Shown here: in pieces, positions 41,600-54,280 of the stretch | Numbering within the stretch: position 1 is the first letter of the stretch | Layout: every line of letters begins with the position of its first letter | Source of the DNA: Eledone cirrhosa | Taxonomy: Eukaryota | Direction of reading: 5' to 3' | Length of the DNA stretch: 64,000 bases | Assembly (NCBI GenBank): GCA_964016885.1 | Contig: OZ024745.1 | Location: 126,604,001 to 126,668,000 of the forward strand | Notes under the pieces: model-generated | Database searches by the model: none | What the model was told of the DNA's origin: nothing | What the model saw: the letters and a program-made list of their open reading frames with translations, nothing else | Program-made: the position numbers and the translations under genes

Positions 41600-41980
41600 A
41601 AAATCTACCTCCAAAGATTAAGTTTATTACCCGAGAATTAATTTTATCGCCCAAACATTAAGTCTATCGCACAAGAACTAAGTCTTCCACCCTGAAATTA
41701 ATTTGATCACCTAAGAATTAAGTAACAATTAACTTTATCACCCAAATATTGAGTCTACCACAAAAAAAAAATTAAGTCTACCACCCAAGAATTAAGCATA
41801 CCCCACCAGAATTATGTCTGTTACCTAAGAATTATATCTACCATTCAAAAATTACATCTCAATCCAAAGATCGAATCTACCATCCACGGATTAAGCTTAC
41901 TGCCTAAGGATTAAATCTACCACCTAAGGATTAAAGCTATCATTTAAATTATGTCTGTCACCAGTTCAAGAATTAACTAC
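41600..41980. repeat. Degenerate minisatellite, unit about 20 bp
   Basis: Recurrent AAGAATTAAGTCTACCACCC-like units. Confidence 0.8.
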
Positions 41981-43467
41981 AATGGTATACATTTGTCCCC
42001 AGTTATTCGCGGGGGTTACGTTCCTAGAACACCCGCGAAGGGTGAAAAACCGTGGTCCATAAAAATGCCTATAAACGTCAAAATATAACTTAAAATATAA
42101 TTTTTTTTTAAATGAGCGTCTTATGCGAAGGGGCGTCCAATAGGCCGGCAAATACAGTATATTGTTATGAATAATTTAGCGTTAAAAAAATATATATTGT
42201 CATGAAAAAAGACCCCCCCCCCCATGTCAAAAAAATCGCGGAAAATATTTACGATTCCGCGAATATGCGGTGATTTCCACGAAAAATTATAGTTTAGGTC
42301 AAAGCAAAATTCCGCGAATAACTGGGACCGCGAATGCTGGTGGTACGCTGTATATATATGTTTCATGGACACACCTCACACTAAGCCAACTAAAATATTC
42401 CTTCTTGTCATCAGAATCGATTAAATACAAATATTTACCTTACTTTCCCATGAATTCTGTGAAAGATCGAAAATCGAAAAATATAAAAAATAGTATTCAA
42501 ATATTGTTGGGAAAACTGAACTCTCTTTTACCAATCTTGCTATCGATTGTTTCAGTTAACATGAACTGAATACAGCTAACAAAAGCTAACTAAAGTACTA
42601 ACAAAATATAGATTTCTTTACTGACTCTGACAAATATTAATTTGTTTGTTGAACCAAACATTGAACTCATGCAATCCAATCTTACTTTAGAGTCTACAGC
42701 AAGATAGAATTGATGAATGCAATAGGAAACAATAGTCTGCAGTGTAGACTATGGTTTCCTATTGCATTCATCAAGTCCGCATGAAGTGTCGAATTTATTA
42801 CGAAATGTGGACTTAAAATTAACCGGTACATCGTCGGTTACGATGACGAGTGTTCCAGTTGATACAATCAACGGAACAGTCTGCTGGTGAAATTAACGTG
42901 CAAATGGCTGAGAATTCTACAGACACGTGTACCCATTACGTAGTTCTCAGGGAGATTCAGTGTGACACAGAACATGACAAGGCTGGTCCTTTGAATTACA
43001 GGTGTATATCATCTTTGCCAGCTAAGTGGACTGGAATAAGGTGAAATAAATTGTCTTGCTCGAGGACACAACGCGCCACCGAGAATCGAACTCACGACTT
43101 TATGGTCATGAGCCGAATACTCTAACCAATAAGCCACGCGCCTTCACTAAAGTTGACTACACACTTGTTAATTTGACAATACTTCCGTTGTTTGGAACAA
43201 TCAACTTTTATCACCATGTGATATCTGCTTAGGCCAAGTTGAACTTTGTCTTTAAAAGTTAATTGTTTTCTCCACGGATGCCACCATGTTTTGGGACGTT
43301 GATAAAAATATGAACAAGTTGTTGCCTGGAAACAACAGTATGGTCTCGGCTAGAAAGCCTTGTGAGGCTATCGACAAGAATTATAGAAAAAAAACCCAGG
43401 AAAGTGTTAAAAAGCAACAAAAGTGAACCTAGCCGGATTTAAACTGAACAAACAAGAGAAACTGAAG

Positions 43468-43502
<35 letters not shown>

Positions 43503-45399
43503 CTCTCTCTGTCCTTTGTGCCAAGTAGCATCTGTAATGAAGGGATCAAATTTAAAAAGCAAAAACAAGAAACGAACATTTCTGTTGGGTGAGACCGGCA
43601 TTCTTTCCACTGTTCTCTTGCAGAAATTATGTCAGCTTTATCGAGTTGCCCACATAGAGACTTTAGCAGTCTGACACAACTAATATGTATTTCAAGTAAC
43701 GTAATAAATGTTGCTTAAAAGCTCAAGGCCATTTCAAGAAATAGAAACTGTTTTTAAGTAAAAACACAAAACAAAACAAAACAAAACAACGAAAAACAAT
43801 CTACTCTGTTCTGTTACTCAATCAACTAATAAACATTCTCTTCCTTCACAAACACATTCACTTATCTTTACCCTTCTTCTCCTGTTACACTTCTCTTTAC
43901 ATTTCTTCCTCTAACTTCACCCTTTTTTTTTTTTTTTGTTATTTCATCCTTTTATACCTTACTTTCTTTTGTTGCCGCCCTCCACTTCTCGTTAACATAC
44001 TCTCATCTACTCTATCTCTCCCCTCTCTGCGTTTTCCTGTGTTTCCCAGTCTCCTTCTGCGACTTAATTTATCTTTATTTTTCACCCCGTCTGAATAGCT
44101 ATAATAATTCTTAGTTAAAAGGGTACAATAGAAGAGTTATTGGAGGAAAAACATTTCTCTTAGAATCATAAACATTTTACCCTATTCTTTAGAAGAACAA
44201 AGAGTGTGAGCAGCCGAGTTGATAGGATAGCGGACAACCAGGGGTTCGTATTCTGCCCACGGCACTGCATTGAGTTTGTAGTTAATACACTTAACTTACA
44301 ACTAAATAACCACAGGGTAAAAATAGTCAACTCACGAAATAGTAGCCGTTCTGTTGATTTGATACGTGTTTCATTAGCTTACAGTGTCTAGTTCAACTTG
44401 GGTTCTAGCAATTCTCCTTACAACAGTCACCTCGTGGGGGGGCTAGTTTAATGCCAGACGACCCAACTTTACATACAAAGTCCCATAAAAGAATACTACT
44501 CCCACATTTCGGACGGTACTGCTGCTATACTCACTAGACGTAAGGTAAATGGCTCATAACTCTTGATAGAGTCATAGGGGAGCCGTATTGACAAACAACC
44601 ATGTCTTCGGCATTTTTAATCTGACAGAGCCCATCCTTCCCCGGGTCGGAACACAATTAATGAAATGGAGACAGAGCAAGAATCGACCCCAGTACCAGAT
44701 TGTCACATTATTTATCGACTTCGAAACGATGAAAGACATAGATAACAGCGACGGGATTTGAACTCAGAGAGCAGAGACCCGGAATAAATACCGAGGCGGT
44801 TTTAATTCGACGCTCTAACGATTCTGCCAATACTCTGCCTTACTTAGCAGACAACACCTACCCACACCGATAAAAGGTCACCCAACAATTTGGCATAAAG
44901 GAGCTCACCAATAAATACGTCTGATTCATTTGAAGATAAATCACTAATATTATCTTGTGTTTCTTTTTCATTTCGAATGTCGTCGCATGTAAAATCTTCA
45001 AAGTCGGTATTCGCTACTTTGGGAAGCCATGTTGATACGCTAAAAATCTGTTATACTTTCAACGTTAAAAAACACGTGTTATTTCAAGTTGTTTCACTAT
45101 ATTAAGAGTTAATTTTCGCGCTTAAAGGCTTTATCTCGCAGTAATCTCGAATTGATGAAATTTCGATGACGTTAATGTTTATTTTATAAATAAAACATGG
45201 TTTGGAGTATATATCGCAACGGTGAAATAATGGAAAGCTAACAGATTATTAGTTTCAATTATCATAAAAAATAGTAGTTTGACGGCCCAAATTTCAGTAC
45301 GACCTATCTCCGAGTCAATGGCAAAGAGCCTATTTGTTAAATGAAAAGTGGGTATGCGACCTATCTGCCGGGGCGAACTATGCGCGAGTATATACGGTA

Positions 45400-45630
45400 C
45401 ACACATTCCCCCATTCCACAGATGTGTTGTCCCCTTTTTCTACTGGAACTATATTAGCCTTTACTTCTCGGAAGTAGCTGGCTTTGTGCCACCTCTATCC
45501 ATACCCTCACGCCTCGTTCGTACCACCTCCTACTCATCGTCCATATTTGATCTTTGTTACTCCTAGTCTTACACCAACCACTTCTTCCTTCTTCCCCAGA
45601 ATATATTCCCTCTGGAATTTCCACCCTTAC
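45400..45630 (+). mobile_element. CR1/Jockey-group LINE 3' fragment
   Basis: HRCVV..FY..Y...SEVAGFVPP, then RPY...SSFFPRIYSLWN in the next frame. Confidence 0.6.
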
Positions 45631-45723
45631 AACTATTCAATAGAGATATTAGTCTCGTGGGTCTGGATGGTCGGAAAGAAACTACGAAAGTTATGGACAC
45701 AACAGCAACTACTGATACCCCAC

Positions 45724-45845
45724 ACTACTACTACTACTACTACTACCACCACTGCTGCTGCTGCTACTACTACTACTACTACCACTACTGCTGCTGATGC
45801 TACTACTACTACTACCACCACCGCTACCACTACCACTACTATTAC

Positions 45846-45881
<36 letters not shown>

Positions 45882-46041
45882 CACCATTACTACTACTGCT
45901 GCCGCCGCCACCACCACCACCACCACCACCACCACCACCACCACTACTACTACTGCTACTACTACTACTACTACTACTACTGCTGCCGCCACCACCACTG
46001 CTACCACCACCACCACTACTACTACTACTACTACTGCTACC

Positions 46042-46073
<32 letters not shown>

Positions 46074-46099
46074 AACTACTGCTACCACCACTACTACTA

Positions 46100-46131
<32 letters not shown>

Positions 46132-46138
46132 GCTGCTG

Positions 46139-46169
<31 letters not shown>

Positions 46170-46172
46170 CAC
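45724..46172. repeat. Compound trinucleotide repeat (ACT/ACC/GCT)n
   Basis: Direct reading. Confidence 0.95.
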
Positions 46173-46382
46173 CCAACCACGACTAGTTTTATAGACTTTG
46201 TTTTCTAGTAGTCAACAAACATTTAGTAATTTATAAATAAATATTTACTATTGAAAGTCTTCCAGCGTGGTGTTAGGTGCTGTAATATCAGACTTCCGCC
46301 GAGTCTATCAAGAAATACGTCAGAAAGAAGGGATTAATGATATTTGAGAATTGATTAAACACACACACACACTCATCCATCA

Positions 46383-46435
<53 letters not shown>

Positions 46436-46598
46436 ACTGGAAGGTAATATCCGTAGTGGTAGAGCACTCAGTCCATGGGACGAGTTAGGTAGAAGTGGTT
46501 ACACAACAGTTAGTTCCCCATACCGAGAACAATTATCTGAGGATCTAATAAGGTGAAACAATTGTTCTCGGTATGGTAAACTAACTGTTGTGTTACCA

Positions 46599-46601
<3 letters not shown>
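46436..46601. mobile_element. Fold-back element (arms about 46493-46534 / 46560-46601) with HHR core at 46537-46566
   Basis: CTGAGGA tctaataaggt GAAA CAATTG TT; stem I 5' strand lost at the inversion junction; between (GA)n and (TA)n. Confidence 0.65.
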
Positions 46602-46650
<49 letters not shown>

Positions 46651-46654
<4 letters not shown>

Positions 46655-47020
46655 TACTTGGGGAGGGTCATATTTGTGTAATATTGCCAGAATTAATAAC
46701 CGAACACACTCACTGTTTGGTTGGTTTTCGCTTCTCGCTTCTGTGTCTTTTATATCGGTAATCTAATATACTCGGTCCTCAATGTTGCCATTGACTGACC
46801 GGCGGTCAAAAATAATACCGCCGGTCAGTCAATGGCAACATTGAGGACCGAGTATATTAGATTACCGATATAAAAGACACAGAAGCGAAAACCAACCAAA
46901 CAGTGAGTGAGTTCTGTTATTAATTCTGGCAATATTACACAAATATGACCCTCCCCAAGTATAACAATATTTGTTTCGACACACGATTTCATATAAAAAT
47001 CCTCGCAAAACTAATTCATA
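46651..47020. mobile_element. Near-perfect fold-back element (arms 46651-46806 / 46817-46965) with coding-like tail
   Basis: Arms nearly identical apart from a 7-nt duplication; ATG at 46945 reads MTLPKYNNICFDTRFHIKILAKLIH. Confidence 0.85.
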
Positions 47021-47194
47021 TATATATATATGAAGTATTTCCATATGAAAGGTAAAGGAAAAGAGAGTGCTCTATATAGGATACAGAGCTTTTTAGTTAT
47101 GTATACATTATGGCCGATATTTTATTTCAGCCTCGCTTTCAATTGTCCTAGACTCTGTTTTGAAATCCATATCTCACTTCCATTTTAAATAAAA

Positions 47195-47267
47195 TTTCAT
47201 TCAGACGATTGAAGTCAGACGACTGTGCCAGGGGCGTCTGTCTTCGTGAAACCTTTGGTAAATGAAA
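47195..47267 (+). ncRNA. Type I HHR motif, family of 16810-17100
   Basis: TTTCATT CAGACGA tTGAAGtCAGACG..CGTCTGtCTTCGt GAAA CC ttt GG TA AATGAAA; perfect 7-bp stem I, U4A variant. Confidence 0.7.
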
Positions 47268-47377
47268 TAATTATCTTATGTTGTTTATTACATAACTATA
47301 TATATATATATATGTGTGTGTGTGTGCGTGTGTGTGTGTGTGTGTTGTGTGTGTGTGTGTGTGTGTGTGTATTTTAT

Positions 47378-47900
47378 TATACTTTGGGAGGGTCATACTG
47401 CCAATAAAAACACACGCACCTGTTGGTTTTCACTTCAATGTATTATAAATATCCGGTTGGTTGGTTGGTTCAATAACTGGAAGATTGTTTATATATTGTC
47501 AAAGCTCTTTCGTTACACATTCTGTGACCTCCTCAGTGACTGGGTTTTTATTTTGTGTCTCTCATTTGTTCTGTCCCACACCATCTGGTTTTTGTGTATG
47601 TTGTCAACATACAACACACAAAAACCAGATGGTGTGGGACAGAACAAAAGAGAGACACAAAATAAAAACCCAGTCACTGAGGAGGTCACAGAATGTGTAA
47701 CAAAAGAGCTTTGACAATATATAAACAATCTTCCAGTTATTGAACCAACCAACCAACCGGATATTTATAATAAATTGAAGTGAAAACCAACAGGTGCGTG
47801 TGTTTTTATTGGCAGCATGACCCTCCCAAAGTTTAACAATATTGGTTTCAACGGATGTTTTCAGATAAGAAATCTTGCAAAACAAATTAGAAAACGAAGT
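47378..47900. mobile_element. Near-perfect fold-back element with about 220-bp arms and coding-like tail
   Basis: Arms about 47378-47603 / 47605-47832; ATG at 47817 reads [27 protein letters not shown]. Confidence 0.85.
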
Positions 47901-47901
47901 T

Positions 47902-47942
<41 letters not shown>

Positions 47943-47963
47943 ATATATATATGTATATATGTG

Positions 47964-48021
<58 letters not shown>

Positions 48022-48060
48022 TATGTATATGTATATATATATACATATATATATATATAT

Positions 48061-48101
<41 letters not shown>

Positions 48102-48156
48102 TATATATATATATACACACACATATATATATATATACACACATATATATATATAT

Positions 48157-48197
<41 letters not shown>

Positions 48198-48214
48198 TAT
48201 ATATATATACACAC

Positions 48215-48245
<31 letters not shown>

Positions 48246-48298
48246 TATATATATATATATACACATATATATATATATATATACACATATATATATAT

Positions 48299-48373
<75 letters not shown>

Positions 48374-48533
48374 GAGGTTATATTTAATTTGTTGGGATTC
48401 AATATATATATACTTCAAAGAAACAACAAATAGAACTACAAAAAGTCTTAGTTTCACGCTTTATCTAAAAAAAGGGGGAAAAGAAAGTTTGACGTGTCGA
48501 GCTTTAGCCCTTCTTCAGGAGGGAGTACAAAAA

Positions 48534-48609
<76 letters not shown>

Positions 48610-51600
48610 AGAGAAAGAAATCGAAAATGCAACTGGAGTCTTTTTAAGAATATTTATTTGTTTCCTTTACCGGTTTCACAGTTCTTATGCTTTTCAAAAG
48701 TAGAATTGAGATGGAGGATTTGTGGTTCTTCTCGCATTGGTTGGTGTTCGAATGTTACTTCTGTTTTATGTGGAAAAAAGTGGGTAGAATTGGTAAGTTT
48801 TAAAAAAAAAAGTAATTTGGTTGATTGATGTTGCTTGTATAGGGTTGTAGACAATGTGGGTTTTCAACAGTAGGTTATATTTTGCATGCCTCTAAATATC
48901 CATCCTTAAATCCTTCTCCTCCTCACCATTTTGTTTTTCATTTCAGAGCATACAGCACGAACTTCATGTGATCCCGTAAAATGCACTCCGTTTGTTATCT
49001 CAACAATTTCTTTGTTCCTTTTCTTTCTCTCTACGACAAATGTTCTTTCACTACTCACCAGCCTTCCGATCATCGATCTCTGATCGTGAGAATTAGGTGA
49101 GCATTTCGACCTCCACGAAGCTGCAACTCGTGGTGTGATTGGTAAAATTGTGTAAACAACATTCGGGATTTGTTGTTGGTTCTTTAACAGTCTGCGGTTC
49201 TCTCTTATCCTGTATTTTTCCAGTTCAAGAGTAAACGTTCTTCCCAGAAGTCTCTTACTATTACACGTATAGGGGGGGGCCGGGCTCTCTCCTCTGCATC
49301 GCTAGTATCTTTACTTTTGTTTACAACTCATAAAGGGGAGCAGCAGCGGCGTGCAGAGCTCTGGCGATGCCCGGAGCAAATCTTGATTGTGTGACCCAAA
49401 GACTCAAGTATAAGGCCTAATATACTGAGAAATATTATGAGAAAGGAAAACATTTTAAATATATAAACACAGATGAAACATGAAATAAACGCTTTATTCG
49501 ATTTTAATATAAATCAATCAAATTTATTGAGTTCTTTTCTGTAAGTCTGTTAGTTTAAGTCTTACATGAAGCTAAACAACAACAAATACTTCTAACTTGC
49601 TTGGATATGTCTTGTCAAAGAGTAGATGTTTCGGGTGACTGCTTTTAATTTTAATAATTTCTAAACTACAAAATACATTTCTAAGCAACATTTCTTTAAA
49701 ATGGATTTTAAAAGTAACACAAGATATAGAAATTAATTTGTCAATTCACTATATTATAACAGAAATATCGAAGAGAATTTTAAACCGGCTTCTGTGTATA
49801 TCTGTGCATTAATGCTAATAAAATTTAATAACCAAACAAAAGCAATCAAAACGAAAAATAACAGTTTCTCAACATATTGTTGCAAAACGTGGTCCCCCCA
49901 GCTACAACATGGCTCCAACAGCCCAAAGCCAGCAGCTGGAAAGCTGCAAGCCTGCCCAGCTAGCCAACTTGCTAAAAAGGGAAGAAATAGGTGCACCAGG
50001 CTGGATGTTTTGTATAATATTGTTCTTCACCGTCTGGATTCACGCCGGCGTTTCACATCTCCAACTTTACCCTGACTATCTTTACCACGCTGCCAATCTC
50101 ACACCAACTCCCTACATTGGCAACTCCACCGGTTTAAATGGTCTACCTCCAGTAAAACGCACAAAAACCCGTGCAGCAGGCTTCATATAAATCACGTGAT
50201 CCATTGTTCATTTTCCTCGTTTTCTTTTGTAGATCTGGGAAGCAGTGTTTCGAATTCAAGTGATACTATTTGCAACAAATTATTCACTTTACAATCTCCT
50301 TCGTAACAATATGTATCTTTTCACAAAAAAAAAAAATAATAAATAAATTAAAAAATCACAGGTGAAATTACCTGTTTTATATAACTATGTGTGCTGAAGT
50401 CGTATAGATGAAGTCGTAGGGTCGCCACCATGACATACAGTATGTTTTGGCTATTGTAAACCTTGCAGAGTTCATCTCCTTTCCAGGTCTGAATACAGCT
50501 GATTTCTTGCAAAGAAGAAGGACTGAGAAAAAAATATAGAGGAAAATCGACCTTGATTGCCTCTTCTTTTATCGGTTATGAAAAGATGAAAGGCGAAGTT
50601 AACCTCGGTAAGATTTGGACTGGGATCACAAAAAGCCTGAACGAATACCCGAAGTATTTTATCACACATTCTAGTAACTCTATTAATTTGCCACCTACTC
50701 TAAGACGTCAAGCTTAACTTATTTATATGAATTGTGAATTCTTGCTTCGGGTGATTTTCTGTTAGTATGTGTAGTGTACATATTGATATTATACCCAGGT
50801 ATATACATCAAATAAAATCGTAATTGACAATATATAATACATAGAAATTGAACGAAGAATGCGTTACACTGTCTTATTTAATCAGTAACGTAATCCATGA
50901 TACATTAAAAAAGATGATATTATATATAAAGTGCATTAGGAGAAAATTAGTGACAGAAAATTAGTATGTTTATTTAAGCGATGGCCAACCGGAAGTGTTG
51001 ACATTTCAGAAATTTTAAAGAAGTGAATCTTTAAATAAACAAAATATATTTAATCAACAGCCACGAAATTTAGTAAATAAATCATGTAATATTCATTCAT
51101 TATTTATTCAAAGTAATGCAACTTATTTTACTAATGGGATAAAGAATTATAAACCGTACGCAGTCCCGTGCTCCTTACTTTATTATAGTTTAGATTCATG
51201 GTAAATATGCTAACTGACACTCCGTCGATTAGGCCGAGGAGCATTCCAGTTGAAGCGATCAGTGGGACAACCTGCTCATGAAATTAACGTGCAAGTGTCT
51301 GAGCATTCCACAGACACGCTTTTCCTTAGGGAGATTCAACGTGACACAGAATGTGAAAAGGCTACCCCTTCGTATTACAGATACAATTCATTTTTGCCAA
51401 TTAAATGGACTGGAATAAGGTGAAATATAGTGTCTTGCAGGGAATCGAACTTAGAACCTTGCGGTCGTAAACCGAATAACCTAACCACTAAGCTACTTCT
51501 ATCATACTCATCAGTGATCTTCAATTCTTCGCTGCGAGTATATGTGTATTAACACTAATAGAATTTAATAATCAAAGAAAAGCAAATAAACGAAAGGTAA

Positions 51601-51628
51601 AACAGTTTCTCAACTTAAGCATCAATTC

Positions 51629-51661
<33 letters not shown>

Positions 51662-52364
51662 AGCAAGAATTCACAGGAATCTTCATTCACAAAAAAAAAC
51701 TTACAATAAATGCTTTAAGCAAAGGGACATAACTTATAATTTTAAGTAAGCTTGACTAATTTAATATAAATCAAAAGTTATTTCCCTTTAAAAATTATTT
51801 TTGAGAAAAGAATACATTTTTAAATATTTGGCTTATAGGAATAGGCTGTATCTTTAGCCCTGGATCTCTGTGTGTGAGGGGGTATTCTTCTGGAAAAACT
51901 GCAAAGCATATACGGAGAAGGAATACCATTTTAAGTTGACACAATATTAGTGGCGGGACGGACTTGGATGAAAGTAGCAGGAGAACATCTATTCAACTCT
52001 CTAACGATTCTATCCATCCATCATGTCATGAATTTGTACTAAATACGAATATGGTCCTGATATATAAGGGACATAACTCTATTATAACAAGCTCAATTGA
52101 GTAGTTTTCCTTGGATTATCAATCTATTAAAGTGGACAAATATATAGTATTCGCGGGGTATAAAATGAAGAAATATATGGTATTCGCGGGGTATAAAAAT
52201 GGAGAAATAAATGGTATTCGCGGGGTTACGTTGCTAGAAGAATGAAAAATCGCGAAAGATATTTGCGATTCCGCGAATATGCGGTGGTTTCCACGAACAA
52301 TTATTAGTTATGTTCTAAGGAAAATTCCACGAATATCCGGGGGTACACTGTGTATATGTACAGG

Positions 52365-53175
52365 GTGCAACAGTTGGAACCTGGAACATTACAACCCTTA
52401 CAGGAAAGGCGCAGGAACTAGTAGAGTAAGCTAGATGCTACCAGCTAGATATAGTCGGGGTTTTCTCAAAGTTTCGTGGCTCTGATACTGGAGGATGGAA
52501 ACTCCACTGTTTAGGTGTGGCGCCAGAAATGACTGCATAGGTGGAAATGGAGATACTCACAAGTCTCCGGCTGTCAAAATGTGTTATGGACTGGAGACCA
52601 TTAGGAGGGACAGAGATCAATAATTGATTTTGATCTCTTTGATTCTGTGCTGGATGTTCGTGTTAAGAGAGGGGCTGAGCTGTCAACTGATCACCATCTA
52701 GTTATCTGTAACTTGAGACTACCTGAAGTCAAAGAAGCCCATAAAACTGGCAGTTCCAGGGCATCCTACAGGATAAAGTGGCAAGCATTGGTGGATAAGG
52801 AAGTCAGGACCAGGTATGGAGATACTATTTCATCCAAATTCAGGGAACTCTGTGAGCAAACTTAGGATATTGAGATGGAGTGGAGATTGTTCAGCACAGA
52901 AGTTTCTGCTTCAGCTGTTAAATGTTATGGGCGAAAGAGGCTTGGTGTGGTGCCGGATGGCAGGAGTATTCTATGCTTCAGTCAAGATGTCAACGGTGCC
53001 ATCCGACCAAAGAATGAAGCTTACAAAACTTTGTTTAGAAATAAGTCCTCCTTCTTGCACTTGTGGTACAAACAGGCGTTCAAAGCTAAGACATGGTAGA
53101 ACTTTGCGGTTAAGCTGAAATCTGACTTCAGATCAGCAAATAATGTATTCTAGCAGACCATCCTCCGACTTTGTA
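52365..53175 (+). mobile_element. RTE-clade (Expander/Rex3-like) endonuclease-region relic
   Basis: TWNITTL...LDIVG...RSIIDF...VLDVRVKRGAELSTDHHLV APE motifs with stops and deletions. Confidence 0.85.
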
Positions 53176-54099
53176 ATAAGGTTTGGTTTGGGGTCAGGGT
53201 TAGGGTCAGGGTTATATATATATGTGTGTGTATAATTAAATTTCACTGTATTTTTGACTAAATAAAATAGTCTAATAACAGGGTGTATAAGCTCACTGAA
53301 AAAGAAAAAATAGACATTGCTGCCAAATTCTTTAACTAAATCAACTGTTTTTGTTAAAATATACAATGGAGAAATATGTGGTTTGTTGCTGTAGACAACA
53401 GAATTGTCATTTTCTTCTGCTTCTCCCACTTACTCCTGAGAGGGTTGTGGGAGCAAAGTTCTCAAACAGGCATTCCTGACGGTCTTATCAGAAGCAACTG
53501 TCTCCAAATAATCCCCAAGCGAGACCAACCGAGCATATGGATGTTATCCAACCATCTTGCTCTTGGTTTACTCCTGGGTCTGCTGCCAGATGGCTTTGCC
53601 TATAAAATGTCATGTGATTCTTTCCTTAGACATTCTATCCACTTGTTCATGGAACTAGAAGTCTGATCTCTCGATGCAGAGAAGTCGTAATTCTAGCTGA
53701 AGAAATTTCCTATTTGTGCTACATACCCTATTGAATAATATTACTCCAAAGATGCTTCAGAGAAACCCTATTTCAGCTGCTTGTATTCATGATTATATTC
53801 TTTATTCAAGATTCATTATCTAATTAATGAGTATTATGTTTGCATGCAGTGCTAAGCTGAAAACATATAATGGAAAAACTTCATGTAAAAGTGAAGAAGT
53901 GTTAATACAAAAATATGGGAAAAGCTGAACTTCTGAGTTTACAGAAAGCAGCCAGAAACTACTTTACCTTGAATCTTTCTTACCAAATCTGGCATGTAAT
54001 GAGGTTGGTAGTCAAATAAAACTGAAAGAAAATCATAGGTGACTAAAGAAAGCAAGTTACTACAGCAACAACAACAAATATTCAAGTTAATGAAGGTGG

Positions 54100-54280
54100 G
54101 GGTGGGGGTATCTACATGATCACTCTACCTGCTAGAAATAGCAGCCAAATCTTTCTCATATCACACACTAAAAAAGGAAGAACTAGTTTTAAAAAATGAT
54201 GGGAAGATCATGGTGGAAATGTTTTTAATCATAGGCCTGTTTGATTAGGGTTGACCTGAGGCTAAACAACAACAACAATT
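54100..54280 (+). repeat. Dispersed repeat with (AAC)n tail; also about 39930-40115 and 40160-40390
   Basis: Shared ACCTGCTAGAAATAG(C/T)AG(C/T)CAA ... GGCTAAACA. Confidence 0.6.

Noticed and set aside
45484-46194. Mucin-like Thr-rich ORF
   Set aside because: A LINE fragment fused to a trinucleotide repeat that is open in several frames; no splice or signal peptide evidence
47817-48647. Long ORFs of YI/HT/CV repeats here and across the window
   Set aside because: Translations of (TA)n/(CA)n microsatellites; only the first 27 or so codons here are informative
48654-48854. Penelope RT thumb remnant (STTLYK)
   Set aside because: Resemblance too short and downstream motifs absent
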